NCBI GenBank assembly: GCA_934621505.1
Contig: CAKTUU010000003.1
Coordinates: forward strand, 18,580-82,579
Length of the DNA stretch: 64,000 bases
Source of the DNA: an uncultured Clostridia bacterium
GTDB taxonomy: Bacteria > Bacillota > Clostridia > Christensenellales > Aristaeellaceae
Direction: 5' to 3'
Part shown: positions 1 through 10,109 of the stretch, piece by piece
Position numbering within the stretch: position 1 is the stretch's first letter
Layout of the letters: each line of letters opens with the position of its first letter
Notes under the pieces: model-generated
Database searches by the model: none
What the model saw: only the letters and a program-made list of their open reading frames with translations
Told to the model about the DNA's origin: nothing
Made by a program: the position numbers and the translations under genes

Positions 1-135
1 CCATTTGGGAAGCCATAGCAAAACTTTCCGTGAAATGTTTGAAAAAGGCTTGACGAAAGGCCCGGAAAACGAATACAATAGGGATAGGAAACATAGCCTG
101 ATTCTTTTACTACATAAGGTTAGGAGGATGATCCG

Positions 136-2163
136 ATGCTGTATCATGCACCATCGGCTGAAATCCGCGACGCCTTTCATCAAGGAACCAATCGCCGTGC
201 CTACGAAATGTTAGGCGCGCATCCGTGTTTTGAAGATGGTAAACGCAAGTGGCATTTCTGCGTGTGGGCCCCAAACGCCAAGCATGTAGCCCTCATTGGC
301 GAATTTAATCACTGGGATAAAAGCCAAACCCCCATGCAAAAGCAATATGACGGCACATGGGAAATTCGTCTGCCCCAGGAGACGCTGTGGCAAAATGTAC
401 CCGCCGATGGCTGCCCCACCTACAAGTACGCGGTCTGGGGCGCGGACGACGTATGGCGTATCAAGGCGGATCCCTTCGGTTTTTACTGCGAAGTACGTCC
501 AAACAACGCCTCCCGCCTGATAGATCTGGACGGGTATGTCTGGGGAGATCAGGCGTGGATGGACAAGCGTGCCGTCTACAACCCTTACCGCAGTCCGGTC
601 AATATCTATGAACTGCATATCGGCTCCTGGCGCAGGCACGAGGACGGCAGCTTTTTGACTTATACCGAATTGGCGGATCAGCTGATTCCCTATGTGCTGG
701 AGATGGGCTATACCCATATTGAGCTGCTGCCGGTGATGGAGCATCCACTGGACATGAGCTGGGGCTACCAGGTCACCGGCTTTTACGCCGCCACCTCCCG
801 CTACGGTTCCCCTCACGATTTGATGGGGCTGATTGACCGCTGTCACCGGGCCGGTATCGGCGTCATTCTGGACTGGGTGCCCGCTCATTTTCCCCGGGAC
901 GAAATCGGCCTGTTCCGCTTTGACGGAACGGACCTGTACAACCATCCCGATCCACGACGGGGCGAAATTGCCCAGTGGGGCACCATGCTGTTTGATTACG
1001 CCCGGGGCGAGGTATGCAGCTACCTGCTCAGCAACGCCTGCTTCTGGCTGGAATGGTACCATGCCGACGGCCTGCGGGTGGACGCGGTCAGCGGCATCAT
1101 TTACTATGACTTCTGCAAGGAGCCGGGCCAATACCTGCCCAACTGCTACGGCGGACGGGAAAACCTGGACGGCATCAACTTTCTGCGCAGGCTGAACCAG
1201 ACGGTGTACCATGACTTTCCCGGGCTGATGATGATTGCCGAGGAAAGCACCGCTTTCCCCATGGTGACCGCCCCCACCTATCTGGGGGGACTGGGCTTTG
1301 GCTTCAAGTGGAACATGGGCTGGATGAACGATATATTGTCCTATATCAAGCTGGACCCAGTCTATCGCAAATACCATCACGACAAGCTGACCTTCAGCCT
1401 GATGTACGCCTTTAACGAAAATTATATCCTGCCCTTCTCCCATGACGAGGTGGTGCATGGCAAGCACAGCATGCTGGATAAAAACCCTGGCGACCTGTGG
1501 AAGAAGTTTGCGGGCCTGCGGGCCCTGTACGGCTACACCATGGCCCATCCCGGAAAGAAGCTGCTGTTCATGGGCGGCGAGTTTGCCCATTTTATCGAAT
1601 GGAAGTATGACGACCAGCTGGACTGGTTCCTGCTGGTGTACGAGCGTCACGCCCCCCTGCAAAGCTGTGTAAAGGCGCTGAACCATCTGTACCGGTCCAC
1701 CCCCGCCCTGTATCAGGTGGATGATTCCTGGAACGGCTTTCAGTGGATTACCGCCAATGACTCGGACAACAGCGTGGTGGCCTTCCTGCGCACGGACCAG
1801 GAGGGAAAGGCCCTGCTGTGCGTTACCAACTTTACTCCGGTGTTTCACCCCATTTACCGCATCGGCCTGCCCTTTGGCGGAACGCTGAACGAGGTGCTGA
1901 ACACCGACCGGGCGGAATACGGCGGCAGCAACCAGTATAACGCCTACGAAATTCATGCCGCGCCGGGTACTTACAATGACTTTCCCTTCTGGGCGGATAT
2001 TTGCGTGCCGCCCCTGAGCACCGTGTACTTTACCTATGACAAAATTCTGCCGCCGCCCCCAAAGCCCCGGCAGTTTACAACGCTTTCCGCACCCGTCCGC
2101 AGACAGGCGGCATCCGGCCTGACCAAACCCACCGGCGGTTCACGAAAGCAATCAGCAAAGTAA
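136..2163 (+). CDS. glgB: 1,4-alpha-glucan (glycogen) branching enzyme, GH13
   Basis: 675-aa ORF with family-typical GH13 branching-enzyme motifs (e.g. [36 protein letters not shown]). ATG at 136 is preceded by AGGAGGA. Followed by glgC-glgD-glgA in the same orientation. Confidence 0.93.
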   Translation: MLYHAPSAEIRDAFHQGTNRRAYEMLGAHPCFEDGKRKWHFCVWAPNAKHVALIGEFNHWDKSQTPMQKQYDGTWEIRLPQETLWQNVPADGCPTYKYAVWGADDVWRIKADPFGFYCEVRPNNASRLIDLDGYVWGDQAWMDKRAVYNPYRSPVNIYELHIGSWRRHEDGSFLTYTELADQLIPYVLEMGYTHIELLPVMEHPLDMSWGYQVTGFYAATSRYGSPHDLMGLIDRCHRAGIGVILDWVPAHFPRDEIGLFRFDGTDLYNHPDPRRGEIAQWGTMLFDYARGEVCSYLLSNACFWLEWYHADGLRVDAVSGIIYYDFCKEPGQYLPNCYGGRENLDGINFLRRLNQTVYHDFPGLMMIAEESTAFPMVTAPTYLGGLGFGFKWNMGWMNDILSYIKLDPVYRKYHHDKLTFSLMYAFNENYILPFSHDEVVHGKHSMLDKNPGDLWKKFAGLRALYGYTMAHPGKKLLFMGGEFAHFIEWKYDDQLDWFLLVYERHAPLQSCVKALNHLYRSTPALYQVDDSWNGFQWITANDSDNSVVAFLRTDQEGKALLCVTNFTPVFHPIYRIGLPFGGTLNEVLNTDRAEYGGSNQYNAYEIHAAPGTYNDFPFWADICVPPLSTVYFTYDKILPPPPKPRQFTTLSAPVRRQAASGLTKPTGGSRKQSAK

Positions 2164-2179
2164 GGAGTGGAGTTACCTC

Positions 2180-3352
2180 ATGATGAACAAGAAGCAATGC
2201 GTAGCCATGTTGCTGGCGGGCGGCCAGGGAAGCCGTCTGGGCATCCTTACGGCCAATATGGCCAAACCCGCCATTCCCTATGGCGGTAAGTACCGCATTA
2301 TCGATTTTCCGCTCAGCAACTGCACCAACAGCGCCATCGACGTGGTGGGCGTGCTGACCCAGTATCAGCCCCTGAAGCTGAACGCCTACATCGGCAGCGG
2401 CTCTCCCTGGGATTTGGACCTGGCCCATGGCGGCGTATATGTGCTTCCTCCCTATGTGAAGGGCAAAACCGGCGAATGGTATTCCGGTACCGCCAACGCC
2501 ATTTACCAGAACATGCCCTTTATCGAGCAGTTCTCTCCTGAATATGTGCTGATTCTAAGCGGCGACCATATTTACAAAATGGATTACAACGCCATGCTGC
2601 GCTTCCATATGGAAAACAAGGCGGACTGCACCATCGCCGTGCGCGAGGTGCCCTGGGACGAGGCCAGCCGCTTTGGCATCATGAACACCGGCGAAGGAAA
2701 CGTGATCGAGGAATTTGAGGAAAAGCCCGCCCACCCCAAAAGCAACAAGGCTTCCATGGGCGTTTACATCTTTACCTGGGAAAAGCTGCGCAAGTACCTG
2801 AGCGAGGACGCGGCCGACCCCGCCAGCTCCAACGACTTTGGCAAAAACATCATTCCCAATATGCTGGGCGATGGGCAGCGCATGTTCGCCTATGATTTCA
2901 GCGGCTACTGGAAGGACGTGGGCACCATTGAAAGCCTGTGGGAGGCCAACATGGACCTTTTGCAGTTGCCCATGCCCATTGACCTGTACGACAAGAAGTG
3001 GCGCATTTACGGCCGCAACCCCGCCATGCCGCCTCACTACATCGCGGACGGGGCCAGCGTGGCCCGCAGCCTTGTCACCGAGGGCTGCGAGGTATACGGC
3101 CATGTGGACCACAGCGTGCTGTTCGCGGGCGTTGTGGTAAAGGAAGGCGCGCGGGTGGAGGACAGCGTCATCATGCCCGGCGCGGTGGTAGAGCGGGGCG
3201 CGCTGGTGCGCCGGGCTATTATCGCCGAGGGGGCCGTCATTGGCGCGGGCGCCATTGTAGGCGAGGAAACCGGCAACATCGCCGTGGTGGGTCAGCAGGT
3301 GGTTTTGCCCGCGGGCGCTACCGTCAAAGCCGGCGAGCAGCGGGACGCCTAA
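2180..3352 (+). CDS. glgC: glucose-1-phosphate adenylyltransferase
   Basis: 390 aa. N-terminal motifs [12 protein letters not shown] and [19 protein letters not shown] are typical of ADP-glucose pyrophosphorylase. C-terminal left-handed beta-helix repeats. RBS AAGGAG. Confidence 0.92.
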   Translation: MMNKKQCVAMLLAGGQGSRLGILTANMAKPAIPYGGKYRIIDFPLSNCTNSAIDVVGVLTQYQPLKLNAYIGSGSPWDLDLAHGGVYVLPPYVKGKTGEWYSGTANAIYQNMPFIEQFSPEYVLILSGDHIYKMDYNAMLRFHMENKADCTIAVREVPWDEASRFGIMNTGEGNVIEEFEEKPAHPKSNKASMGVYIFTWEKLRKYLSEDAADPASSNDFGKNIIPNMLGDGQRMFAYDFSGYWKDVGTIESLWEANMDLLQLPMPIDLYDKKWRIYGRNPAMPPHYIADGASVARSLVTEGCEVYGHVDHSVLFAGVVVKEGARVEDSVIMPGAVVERGALVRRAIIAEGAVIGAGAIVGEETGNIAVVGQQVVLPAGATVKAGEQRDA

Positions 3353-3376
3353 CACAAGGAAAGGAAGAAAAGCACC

Positions 3377-4498
3377 ATGAAAAATGTAATGGGCATTATT
3401 TATACAGGCGAAAAAGACAGCTTTCTGCGTGAACTGACCCTGATGCGCGCCATCGCCGCCGTACCCGTGGCGGGCCGCTATCGTGTCATTGACTTTATCG
3501 TCAGCGGCATGGTCAACAGCGGCATCCGCAACGTGGGCGTGATTATGCAAAAAAACTATCACAGCCTGATGGATCATCTGGGCAGCGGAAAGGAATGGGA
3601 CCTGCACGGCAAAAACGACGGTTTGTACATTCTGCCCCCCTTCCTGACCCGGGATAATGTAGGCGTATACAAGGGCAGCCTGGACGCGCTGCATTCCAAC
3701 ATGAACTATCTGCGCCGCAGCCGTCAGGAATATGTGCTCTGGTGCAACAGCCTGATGCTGTTTAACGCCAATTTCCGCGAGATGTTTGAAAAGTATCAGG
3801 CCAGCGGCTGCGATGTAATGATGATGTACCACCGCAGCCCGGATTTGCAGCGGCCTGAATACGGCATTTATGTGGACGTGGACTCCAACGAGCATATCCG
3901 CGATATCGAGATTGATCCCACCAATCCCCGGTACGACTGCACCGGCATGGACGTGATGATTATGCGCAAGGACCTGCTGATTGATCTGGTGGACCGGGGC
4001 GCGGCTCACGGCTACCATGACCTGGCGCGGGATGTGTTGCAGCGGCTGGTGCGGGACGCGGGGCTGAACATGTGCGGCTACGAATACAAGGACGTATGCT
4101 TCCGGCTGGACAGCGTGCAAAGCTACTTTAAGATGAATATGGATATACTGGATGTGGATGTGCTGCACAGCCTGTTCCCGGAGGATAAGCCGGTATATAC
4201 CAAGGTACGGGATCAGCTGCCCGCCCGCTATCTGGACCATGCGAAGATGGTCAACTCCATGGTGGCGGACGGCTGCATCATCAACGGTACGGTGGATCAC
4301 AGCGTTTTGTTCCGGGGCGTCAAAATTGACGAGGGCGCTTATGTGAAAAACTGCGTCCTGATGCAGGACTGCCATATTGAATCCGGCGCGCAGCTGGAAA
4401 ACTGCATCCTGGACAAGCAGGCCGTGGTCAAAAGCGGCGGCCGCCTGATCGGCCCCAGCGCTTACCCCATCGTCATTTCCAAAAACATGGTCATTTAA
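3377..4498 (+). CDS. glgD: glucose-1-phosphate adenylyltransferase regulatory subunit GlgD
   Basis: 373 aa, a GlgC paralog with degenerate catalytic motifs. Its position between glgC and glgA is typical of Firmicutes. Confidence 0.85.
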   Translation: MKNVMGIIYTGEKDSFLRELTLMRAIAAVPVAGRYRVIDFIVSGMVNSGIRNVGVIMQKNYHSLMDHLGSGKEWDLHGKNDGLYILPPFLTRDNVGVYKGSLDALHSNMNYLRRSRQEYVLWCNSLMLFNANFREMFEKYQASGCDVMMMYHRSPDLQRPEYGIYVDVDSNEHIRDIEIDPTNPRYDCTGMDVMIMRKDLLIDLVDRGAAHGYHDLARDVLQRLVRDAGLNMCGYEYKDVCFRLDSVQSYFKMNMDILDVDVLHSLFPEDKPVYTKVRDQLPARYLDHAKMVNSMVADGCIINGTVDHSVLFRGVKIDEGAYVKNCVLMQDCHIESGAQLENCILDKQAVVKSGGRLIGPSAYPIVISKNMVI

Positions 4499-4532
4499 CC
4501 CGATTCTTGAAATTGTCTGGAGGGAATGAGTC

Positions 4533-5972
4533 ATGAAAATCCTTTTCACAGCCAGCGAATGCGTGCCCTTTGTCAAAACCGGCGGTCTGGCGGATGTGGT
4601 GGGCGCTTTGGCTCCCGTACTGGCTAAGGCGGGTCACGACGTGCGGGTTATTTTGCCCATGTATACCGCCATCGACCACCAGTGGCAGTCTCAAATGCAG
4701 TTTGTGCTGGACTTCGATGTACAGCTGGGCTGGCGCAGGCAGTATTGCGGCGTGCAGTCCCTCAAAAAGGACGGCGTTACCTACTACTTCCTGGACAATA
4801 AATATTACTTCGGCCGCCCCTATATTTACGGCCTGGGCGGGGATGAATACGAGCGCTTTGGCTTCTTCTGCCGGGCGGTGCTGAACGTGCTGCCGCTGCT
4901 GGACTTCAGCCCGGATATTCTGCACGCCCACGACTGGCAAAGCGGCATGATTCCCGCGCTGCTGAAGATTCAGTACGCGCACCTGCCCTTCTACGCCAAA
5001 ATCCGCACGGTCTTTACCATTCACAACCTGCAATACCAGGGCATCTTCGGCATTAAGGAAGTGCAGGATGTGCTGGGCCTGGGCGACGGGCTGTGGAGCT
5101 CCGACAAGCTGGAATGCTTTGGCTGTGCCAACTTTATGAAGGCCGGTCTGGTCTACAGCGACGCCATTACCACCGTCAGCCCAAGCTACGCAGAGGAAAT
5201 CACCACCGCCTATTACGGCGAACGTCTGGACGGGCTGATTCGCGCCCGGCGGGATTCTCTCTACGGCGTGCTGAACGGCATTGACGTAGGCGAGTACAAT
5301 CCCGCCACCGATCCCCTGATCTACCAGAATTACAGCGTAAAGGACATGAAGGGCAAGGCCGCCAACAAAGTCGGCCTGCAAAAGGATCTGGGGCTGGAAG
5401 TAAACCCGGATATTCCGCTGATCTGCATGGTGGGCCGTCTGACCAACCAGAAGGGTCTGGACCTGGTGGACTGTGTGCTGGGCGATATCATGAATGAAAA
5501 CGTACAGCTGGCGGTGCTGGGCATGGGTGACGCCCGCTACACCAACCTGTTCAGCTGGGCCGAGCAGCAGTACCACGGCCGGATGGCCGCCCGCTTCGCG
5601 ATGGACCATGCCCTGGCTCACAAAATGTACGCGGGCGCGGATTTCTTCCTGATGCCCTCGCTGTTTGAGCCCTGCGGCCTCAGCCAGATGATCTCCCTGC
5701 GCTACGGAACGGTGCCGATTGTGCGCGAAACCGGCGGCCTGCGGGATACGGTGCTCAGCTACAACGAATTCAGCAAGGACGGCAACGGCTTTACCTTCCT
5801 GAATTACAACGCTCACGATATGCTGAATGTGATTCGCCGGGCGCTGGATTACTACCGCCAGCACAAGGACGTGATCGCGTTGCTGCAAAAGCGGGGTATG
5901 GAGGGCGATTACAGCTGGACCCACAGCGCAGGCGAGTATGTGAAGATTTACGAAAGCCTGATCAAAGCCTGA
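4533..5972 (+). CDS. glgA: glycogen synthase (ADP-glucose type, GT5)
   Basis: 479 aa. N-terminal motif MKILFTASECVPFVKTGGLADVVGALA is typical of GlgA. RBS GGAGGGA. Confidence 0.92.
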   Translation: MKILFTASECVPFVKTGGLADVVGALAPVLAKAGHDVRVILPMYTAIDHQWQSQMQFVLDFDVQLGWRRQYCGVQSLKKDGVTYYFLDNKYYFGRPYIYGLGGDEYERFGFFCRAVLNVLPLLDFSPDILHAHDWQSGMIPALLKIQYAHLPFYAKIRTVFTIHNLQYQGIFGIKEVQDVLGLGDGLWSSDKLECFGCANFMKAGLVYSDAITTVSPSYAEEITTAYYGERLDGLIRARRDSLYGVLNGIDVGEYNPATDPLIYQNYSVKDMKGKAANKVGLQKDLGLEVNPDIPLICMVGRLTNQKGLDLVDCVLGDIMNENVQLAVLGMGDARYTNLFSWAEQQYHGRMAARFAMDHALAHKMYAGADFFLMPSLFEPCGLSQMISLRYGTVPIVRETGGLRDTVLSYNEFSKDGNGFTFLNYNAHDMLNVIRRALDYYRQHKDVIALLQKRGMEGDYSWTHSAGEYVKIYESLIKA

Positions 5973-5984
5973 TTTAACAGCATA

Positions 5985-6015
5985 GCGGTCCGTCTCCGAA
6001 AGGGAGACGGGCCGC
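5985..6015. terminator. bidirectional hairpin between convergent glgA and ribokinase-like gene
   Basis: gcggtccgtctcc-gaaa-gggagacgggccgc perfect stem-loop located between the two stop codons. Confidence 0.6.
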
Positions 6016-6023
6016 TTATTGTT

Positions 6024-6914
6024 TCATGCCCTTAACAGGTATTCCTCTACCTCATGAGCCATGGGAATGGAGCTGGACGCGCCAGGCCTTGACACGCTGA
6101 CGGCTGCTGCGGCGGCGGCACGGCGCATGCAGTCCGCCAGGGGCCTTTTCTGGGTAAGCGCCGCCAGAAAATACCCCGTAAACGTATCACCGGCAGCCGT
6201 GGTGTCCACCGCCGTTGCGGCAAACGCCGGCTGGCGTATGGTCTGCTGGGGTGTGCAGCAAATCGCGCCCGCGCCGCCAAGGGTCAACACCAGCTTCAGC
6301 CTGGGATAACGGCTGTGCAAAATGTTCCAGGCGCTTTCCGGCTCCTTCGATCCACTTAGCTGCTGAGCTTCCACTTCATTTACCAGCAGCCATTCCATCG
6401 CGCCATAATCCAATGCGCGCAGGGATTCCTCAAAGGGGGACGGATTCAGCACGACGCGCAGCCGCTTTTGCGCCGCCCGCTCTACCAGATACGGCAGGCA
6501 GCTGATTTCGTTTTGCAGCACCAGATAATCGCCCGCCTGCAAAACGGCCAGGGTTTGGTCAATCTGGCTTTCCGTCACGGCCTGGTTGGAGCCGCCGAAA
6601 AGCAGAATGGCGTTTTCCCCCGAAGGCGTCACCTGAATCATGGCGTTTCCCTGCAAAGCCTCCACCGGACGAATCCACCGCGTATCCACGCCGTTTTGCT
6701 CAAGCAGTTCCACCAGCCCTTGTCCCCCCTGCCCCACACAGCCGGCATGGCTTACCTTAGCGCCTGCCCGGGCCAGAGCGATGGACTGGTTCAGCCCCTT
6801 GCCGCCCGGCTTTACCGTTTGGCCGGTGGCCGCCAGCGTTTCGCCGGGAAGCACAAAATGGGGCGTTTGATACACATAATCCAGGTTTAAAGAGCCAAAA
6901 TTAACGATTTTCAT
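6024..6914 (-). CDS. PfkB-family carbohydrate kinase, ribokinase-like
   Basis: The ORF-track model (6024..7079) starts at an upstream Met that reads into repeat sequence. The internal Met (MKIVNFGSLNLDYVY) at 6914 has RBS GGAGCG and removes that extension. Ribokinase-type motifs (GGKGLNQS, AAGDTFTGYF) are present. Confidence 0.8.
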   Translation of the reverse strand: MKIVNFGSLNLDYVYQTPHFVLPGETLAATGQTVKPGGKGLNQSIALARAGAKVSHAGCVGQGGQGLVELLEQNGVDTRWIRPVEALQGNAMIQVTPSGENAILLFGGSNQAVTESQIDQTLAVLQAGDYLVLQNEISCLPYLVERAAQKRLRVVLNPSPFEESLRALDYGAMEWLLVNEVEAQQLSGSKEPESAWNILHSRYPRLKLVLTLGGAGAICCTPQQTIRQPAFAATAVDTTAAGDTFTGYFLAALTQKRPLADCMRRAAAAAAVSVSRPGASSSIPMAHEVEEYLLRA

Positions 6915-7065
6915 TGTAAGATAACGCTCCTTTTTTTTGCTGTCATGCAGCGCCCAAACAGGATTGGGGAAAATGCCCTGTTTGTCATTTCCTGCTTTCC
7001 AACATCTTAGCATAGCCCATTTCAAAAAGAAAGAAGGAATTTTTGACTCATCCAATGCCAAGCAG

Positions 7066-7430
7066 CCCCGTTTTTCCATAGCGCTGCCGAGAAGCGCAAC
7101 GTTTCCTACTCACCTGCAGCTCGCCGGGCGGAAAAGAGCGCAAGGCACCAAAACCGCCCGGTTTTGGAATGAAAAAATCGGAGAGCCGAGGCCCTCCGAT
7201 ACCACCCGGGGATTCAGTCTGTGCATCCCCGCTTTTCCATAGCAGGGATGCTTAGAGCGTTGACAAACACTGGCTTGGTTGCCGCGTCCGCGAACATCGC
7301 TGCGCTTGTTCGCGGGAAAAGGGCTGTAGCACAAGGCTTAGGGGGCGCTGCCCCTAAAACCCTGGCAGGAGGCAATGCCTCCTGCACCTCCGGTTTTTCA
7401 GCAGGCTGTGCGCCCCGTTTTTCCATAGCG
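7066..7430. repeat. complex intergenic repeat region
   Basis: 19-bp direct repeat gccccgtttttccatagcg at 7066-7084 and 7402-7420. A third ttttccatagc hairpin lies at ~7226-7246. One full copy of the ~100-bp three-hairpin palindromic element is at 7283-7391. Additional small hairpins are present (aaaaccgcccggtttt, atcggag..ctccgat). Confidence 0.6.
7283..7391 (+). repeat. palindromic intergenic repeat element, copy 1 (MITE/REP-like)
   Basis: Consensus GCG(C/T)CCGCGAACAnCGCTGCGCTnGTTCGCGGGAAAAG..CACAAGGCTTAGGGG.nCTGCCCCTAAAACCCnGGCAGGAGGCAnTGCCTCCTGCACCTCC. Three successive hairpins followed by a T-run. Near-identical copies at 19681-19766, 31623-31765 and 60625-60725 (reverse). Confidence 0.8.
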
Positions 7431-7442
7431 GGGCTGCCTGGC

Positions 7443-10109
7443 TTATTTTTTCTCTCTGGCCCGTTTGGCGTTCAGCAGCGCGTTGGCCGTTTGGCGGGCC
7501 TGCTCCTCCATTTTGGGTTTTGGCGGCTGTTTGGGAGCCACAGAAGGTTTCGGTTTCACGGGTTCCTTCGCGGGCGCGCTCCTTGTCTGCGTCTTGGGCA
7601 GCCAGTCCTCCCAGGGCAGCTTGCGCAGGGCCACGTCCGCAACAAACAGGCATAAAAACGCTATCAGCAGCAGACGCTGCAAGGGCTTTCGCGCAGTCGC
7701 CGAGGCGATGGGCGTGTTCCAGAAGGAGTCCTCCATGGTCAGCATTCGCCCGCCGGTTTGCTGGCACAGCTTTTCCAGGCTGCCATCCGGCTGTACGCGC
7801 AAATCATATTCACTGCTGAAGCCGCGTACTGCTCCCCCCTCCTGAGTGCGAATGGTTTCCTCCCCCTGTTTTTGGGTGACATAAACGGCGTACGCGCCCT
7901 CCAACGCGGCGGAAGTTTCCGCCTGATACTGACCGGGGGCCGTTTCCGTCAGGGGCAGGCTGGTTTCCGTTCCGTCCGGCGACAGCACCGTAGCCTGGGT
8001 TTGCAGGGCATCGTCATTTTCCACCTGATAGGTGATTTGCAGCTTGCCGTTTGCCACGTCCGCCGTTAGCGTGCCCTCCCGTTCCTCGTTAGCCAGCACC
8101 TTGGCCACCATGCCCCCAAAGAAGGCCGGAGCCTGCTGCCATTGCAAAAAGCTGCCGGTCCATGCGCCTTCCGTGTCGCTTGTCCAGGCTATCACCTTGC
8201 CCGCTCCCGCATTCCACCAGGCCAGCAAGGGTTCGTCCGTATCGCTGACCAGGGATACGGTGGCGGTGGCCCTTTCGGCGCAGGTCAGGTAGCCGTCCAG
8301 CGTGGGAAAGCCGTCAAAATCCGTCAGGCTGCCGCTTTCCGTAATAATGGGGGTAAAGGTGCGGTTTTGCACATAGCTGCCGCTGACCAGCATGGTTTCC
8401 TTGGTGAAAATTTTGGGAATGTTGTCAAACTCGCCTACCGAATAGCAGCGTCCCCCGCCCAAAGCCGCCAGCTGGGCCATCAGGCCCGTATCCGCGTCCG
8501 CGCCTACCGATACGGTGGTCAGAGTGATTCCCGCGCTTTTCATGGCCTGCACAATATTTTGAAAGCCGTTGTCCCCGGGCTGGCCGTCCGACAGGAAGAT
8601 GACATGCTTCTGAGGGGTTTGCGCCGCCGCCAGAACGCGATAGGCTTCGTCCAGCGCGGAATAAAACGCCGTGCCGCCGTCGGCCCGCAGGGTGCCAATC
8701 TGGTTTTGAATCGCTTCCACATCCGTTACGTTTTGAAAGGGCACCACCCACTTGGCCGTATCGTCAAAGCCAATCACGCCGATATTGTCCTGAGCCGTCA
8801 GCACCTCCGCGGCGCTCATGGCCGCCTCCTTGGCCACCTCAATGCGGGTGGAGCCAAACTGGCCGGAGGTCATGCTGCCGGATTTATCAATACAGATGAC
8901 CAGCGACAGGGCGGGCATGCGCAGCTTTTCCTTTACGTCCATGGTAACGGGCAGCAGTTCTTCCAGCAGGGTGCCCCGGTAGCCGCCCAGGGCGTAGCTC
9001 TGGTCGCCGCCCAGCACGCACAGGCCCTTGCCCAGACTTGTAACGGCGGCGCTTAGGGCCTGCCACTGCTTTTCCGTTGCGGAATCGTAATCCACATTGT
9101 TCAAGATCACAGCGTCGTAGGACAAATAGCCGTCCGCCGCCAGCGGCATTTCCGCCGGGGTCAGGGACGTTACCTCCATCCCCGCCGCCGCAAACAGGCT
9201 TTGAACACCGGCGCTTTCGCCAATCAGCGCCACATTGGGCGCGCCCAGCACATGCACATAGGCAAAAGCGCTGTTGTTGCGGGGCTGGGTATCCGCGTCG
9301 CAGTTGATTTGCACGCCATAGGTGACCACGCCGGTTTTGCTGGCGGTATCGGTAAAGGCAAAACGGTTTTCGCCCTTTTGCAGGGATACCTGCCGGGTGG
9401 CGGTGGGCGTGCCGTTCTGGTACAGCACAAGGGTTCCTTCCATATCCGCGCTGGCGTCAATCACCACCTGAATGGGAATGCTTTGCCCCTGACGGCTTTC
9501 CGCTGGCACATTCAATTCCGTGGCCTGCGCGTCCGGTCCGTTTTCCCCGGCCAGCGCCAGCACGTCCACCTTCATTCCCTGGGCGGAAAGCATATCCATT
9601 GTCGCCTGGGACACGCTGGCCTTGCCGTCGGTTACGGCGGTGATTCCACCGGTGCCGGACGATGTTAAGGCCGCGGCCAGACGCAGCGCCCCGTCCAAAT
9701 CCGTACCTTCGCCGCCGGTTTGGGTATGCAGTCCTGTAAAGCTGGGAGCCGCGCTCACCGGCGTTTCCACCATGGCGTCAGCCCCAAAGGCCAGTACGCC
9801 CGCCTGCTGTCCTTTGGGCAGCTGAGCGATTTCCTGTATGGTTTTCTGCTCCATCTGGGCACGCAAAGGCTTGGCGGAATCCGACGCGTCCAGCAGCACC
9901 CAGCGGGTAGCCGCTCCGGAAGCCAGCAGCACCGACGGGGCGGCCACAGCCAGCGCCAGCAGGCTGATTACCAGACAGCGTACCGCCCGCGTAACCCGCC
10001 GCTTTAAGGAGCGATTTTTCAGTCCATATCTTCGGTCAATCCAGCAAACGGCCGCTACGCCCACAGGAATGAGCAGCAGCGCCCAAAGCCGTTCAAAGTC
10101 AAGCCCCAC
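7443..10109 (-). CDS. BatA-like membrane protein with von Willebrand factor A domain (888 aa)
   Basis: GTG start at 10109 with RBS GGGAGGTG. N-terminal two-TM BatA-type anchor. vWA/MIDAS motif VICIDKSGSMTSG. C-terminal TM plus Lys/Pro-rich tail. Its start overlaps the stop of the upstream vWA gene. Confidence 0.7.
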   Translation of the reverse strand: MGLDFERLWALLLIPVGVAAVCWIDRRYGLKNRSLKRRVTRAVRCLVISLLALAVAAPSVLLASGAATRWVLLDASDSAKPLRAQMEQKTIQEIAQLPKGQQAGVLAFGADAMVETPVSAAPSFTGLHTQTGGEGTDLDGALRLAAALTSSGTGGITAVTDGKASVSQATMDMLSAQGMKVDVLALAGENGPDAQATELNVPAESRQGQSIPIQVVIDASADMEGTLVLYQNGTPTATRQVSLQKGENRFAFTDTASKTGVVTYGVQINCDADTQPRNNSAFAYVHVLGAPNVALIGESAGVQSLFAAAGMEVTSLTPAEMPLAADGYLSYDAVILNNVDYDSATEKQWQALSAAVTSLGKGLCVLGGDQSYALGGYRGTLLEELLPVTMDVKEKLRMPALSLVICIDKSGSMTSGQFGSTRIEVAKEAAMSAAEVLTAQDNIGVIGFDDTAKWVVPFQNVTDVEAIQNQIGTLRADGGTAFYSALDEAYRVLAAAQTPQKHVIFLSDGQPGDNGFQNIVQAMKSAGITLTTVSVGADADTGLMAQLAALGGGRCYSVGEFDNIPKIFTKETMLVSGSYVQNRTFTPIITESGSLTDFDGFPTLDGYLTCAERATATVSLVSDTDEPLLAWWNAGAGKVIAWTSDTEGAWTGSFLQWQQAPAFFGGMVAKVLANEEREGTLTADVANGKLQITYQVENDDALQTQATVLSPDGTETSLPLTETAPGQYQAETSAALEGAYAVYVTQKQGEETIRTQEGGAVRGFSSEYDLRVQPDGSLEKLCQQTGGRMLTMEDSFWNTPIASATARKPLQRLLLIAFLCLFVADVALRKLPWEDWLPKTQTRSAPAKEPVKPKPSVAPKQPPKPKMEEQARQTANALLNAKRAREKK

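Noticed and set aside
5-214. 69-aa ORF at the window start overlapping the glgB RBS/start.
   Set aside because: No RBS, overlaps the well-supported glgB start, and has no homology signal. Likely spurious, although the 5' end of the window could hide the tail of an upstream gene in another frame.
211-1956. 581-aa ORF antisense to glgB. Similar long antisense ORFs occur at 2555..4576, 8142..9056, 10402..11442, 12788..13774, 15980..17611, 17660..19345, 21773..22750, 22977..24119, 24120..25559, 26711..28414, 35432..36613, 37077..38696, 38545..40185, 43079..44965, 44944..46053, 49077..52277, 52142..53701, 53689..54972, 56003..58393, 60605..61606 and 62554..63942.
   Set aside because: Each lies opposite a gene with clear homology and good RBS/operon logic. 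Their translations are Ala/Gly/Arg/His/Gln-rich low-complexity sequence typical of stop-codon-poor antisense frames in ~60% GC DNA. None has an RBS or recognisable domain.
7214-7426. 70-aa ORF (MEKRG...EVQEALPPARVLGAAP...) inside the repeat region, and the similar small ORFs overlapping other repeat copies.
   Set aside because: The conserved peptide is a by-product of the conserved palindromic DNA element. The same frame is open in every copy regardless of context. No RBS.
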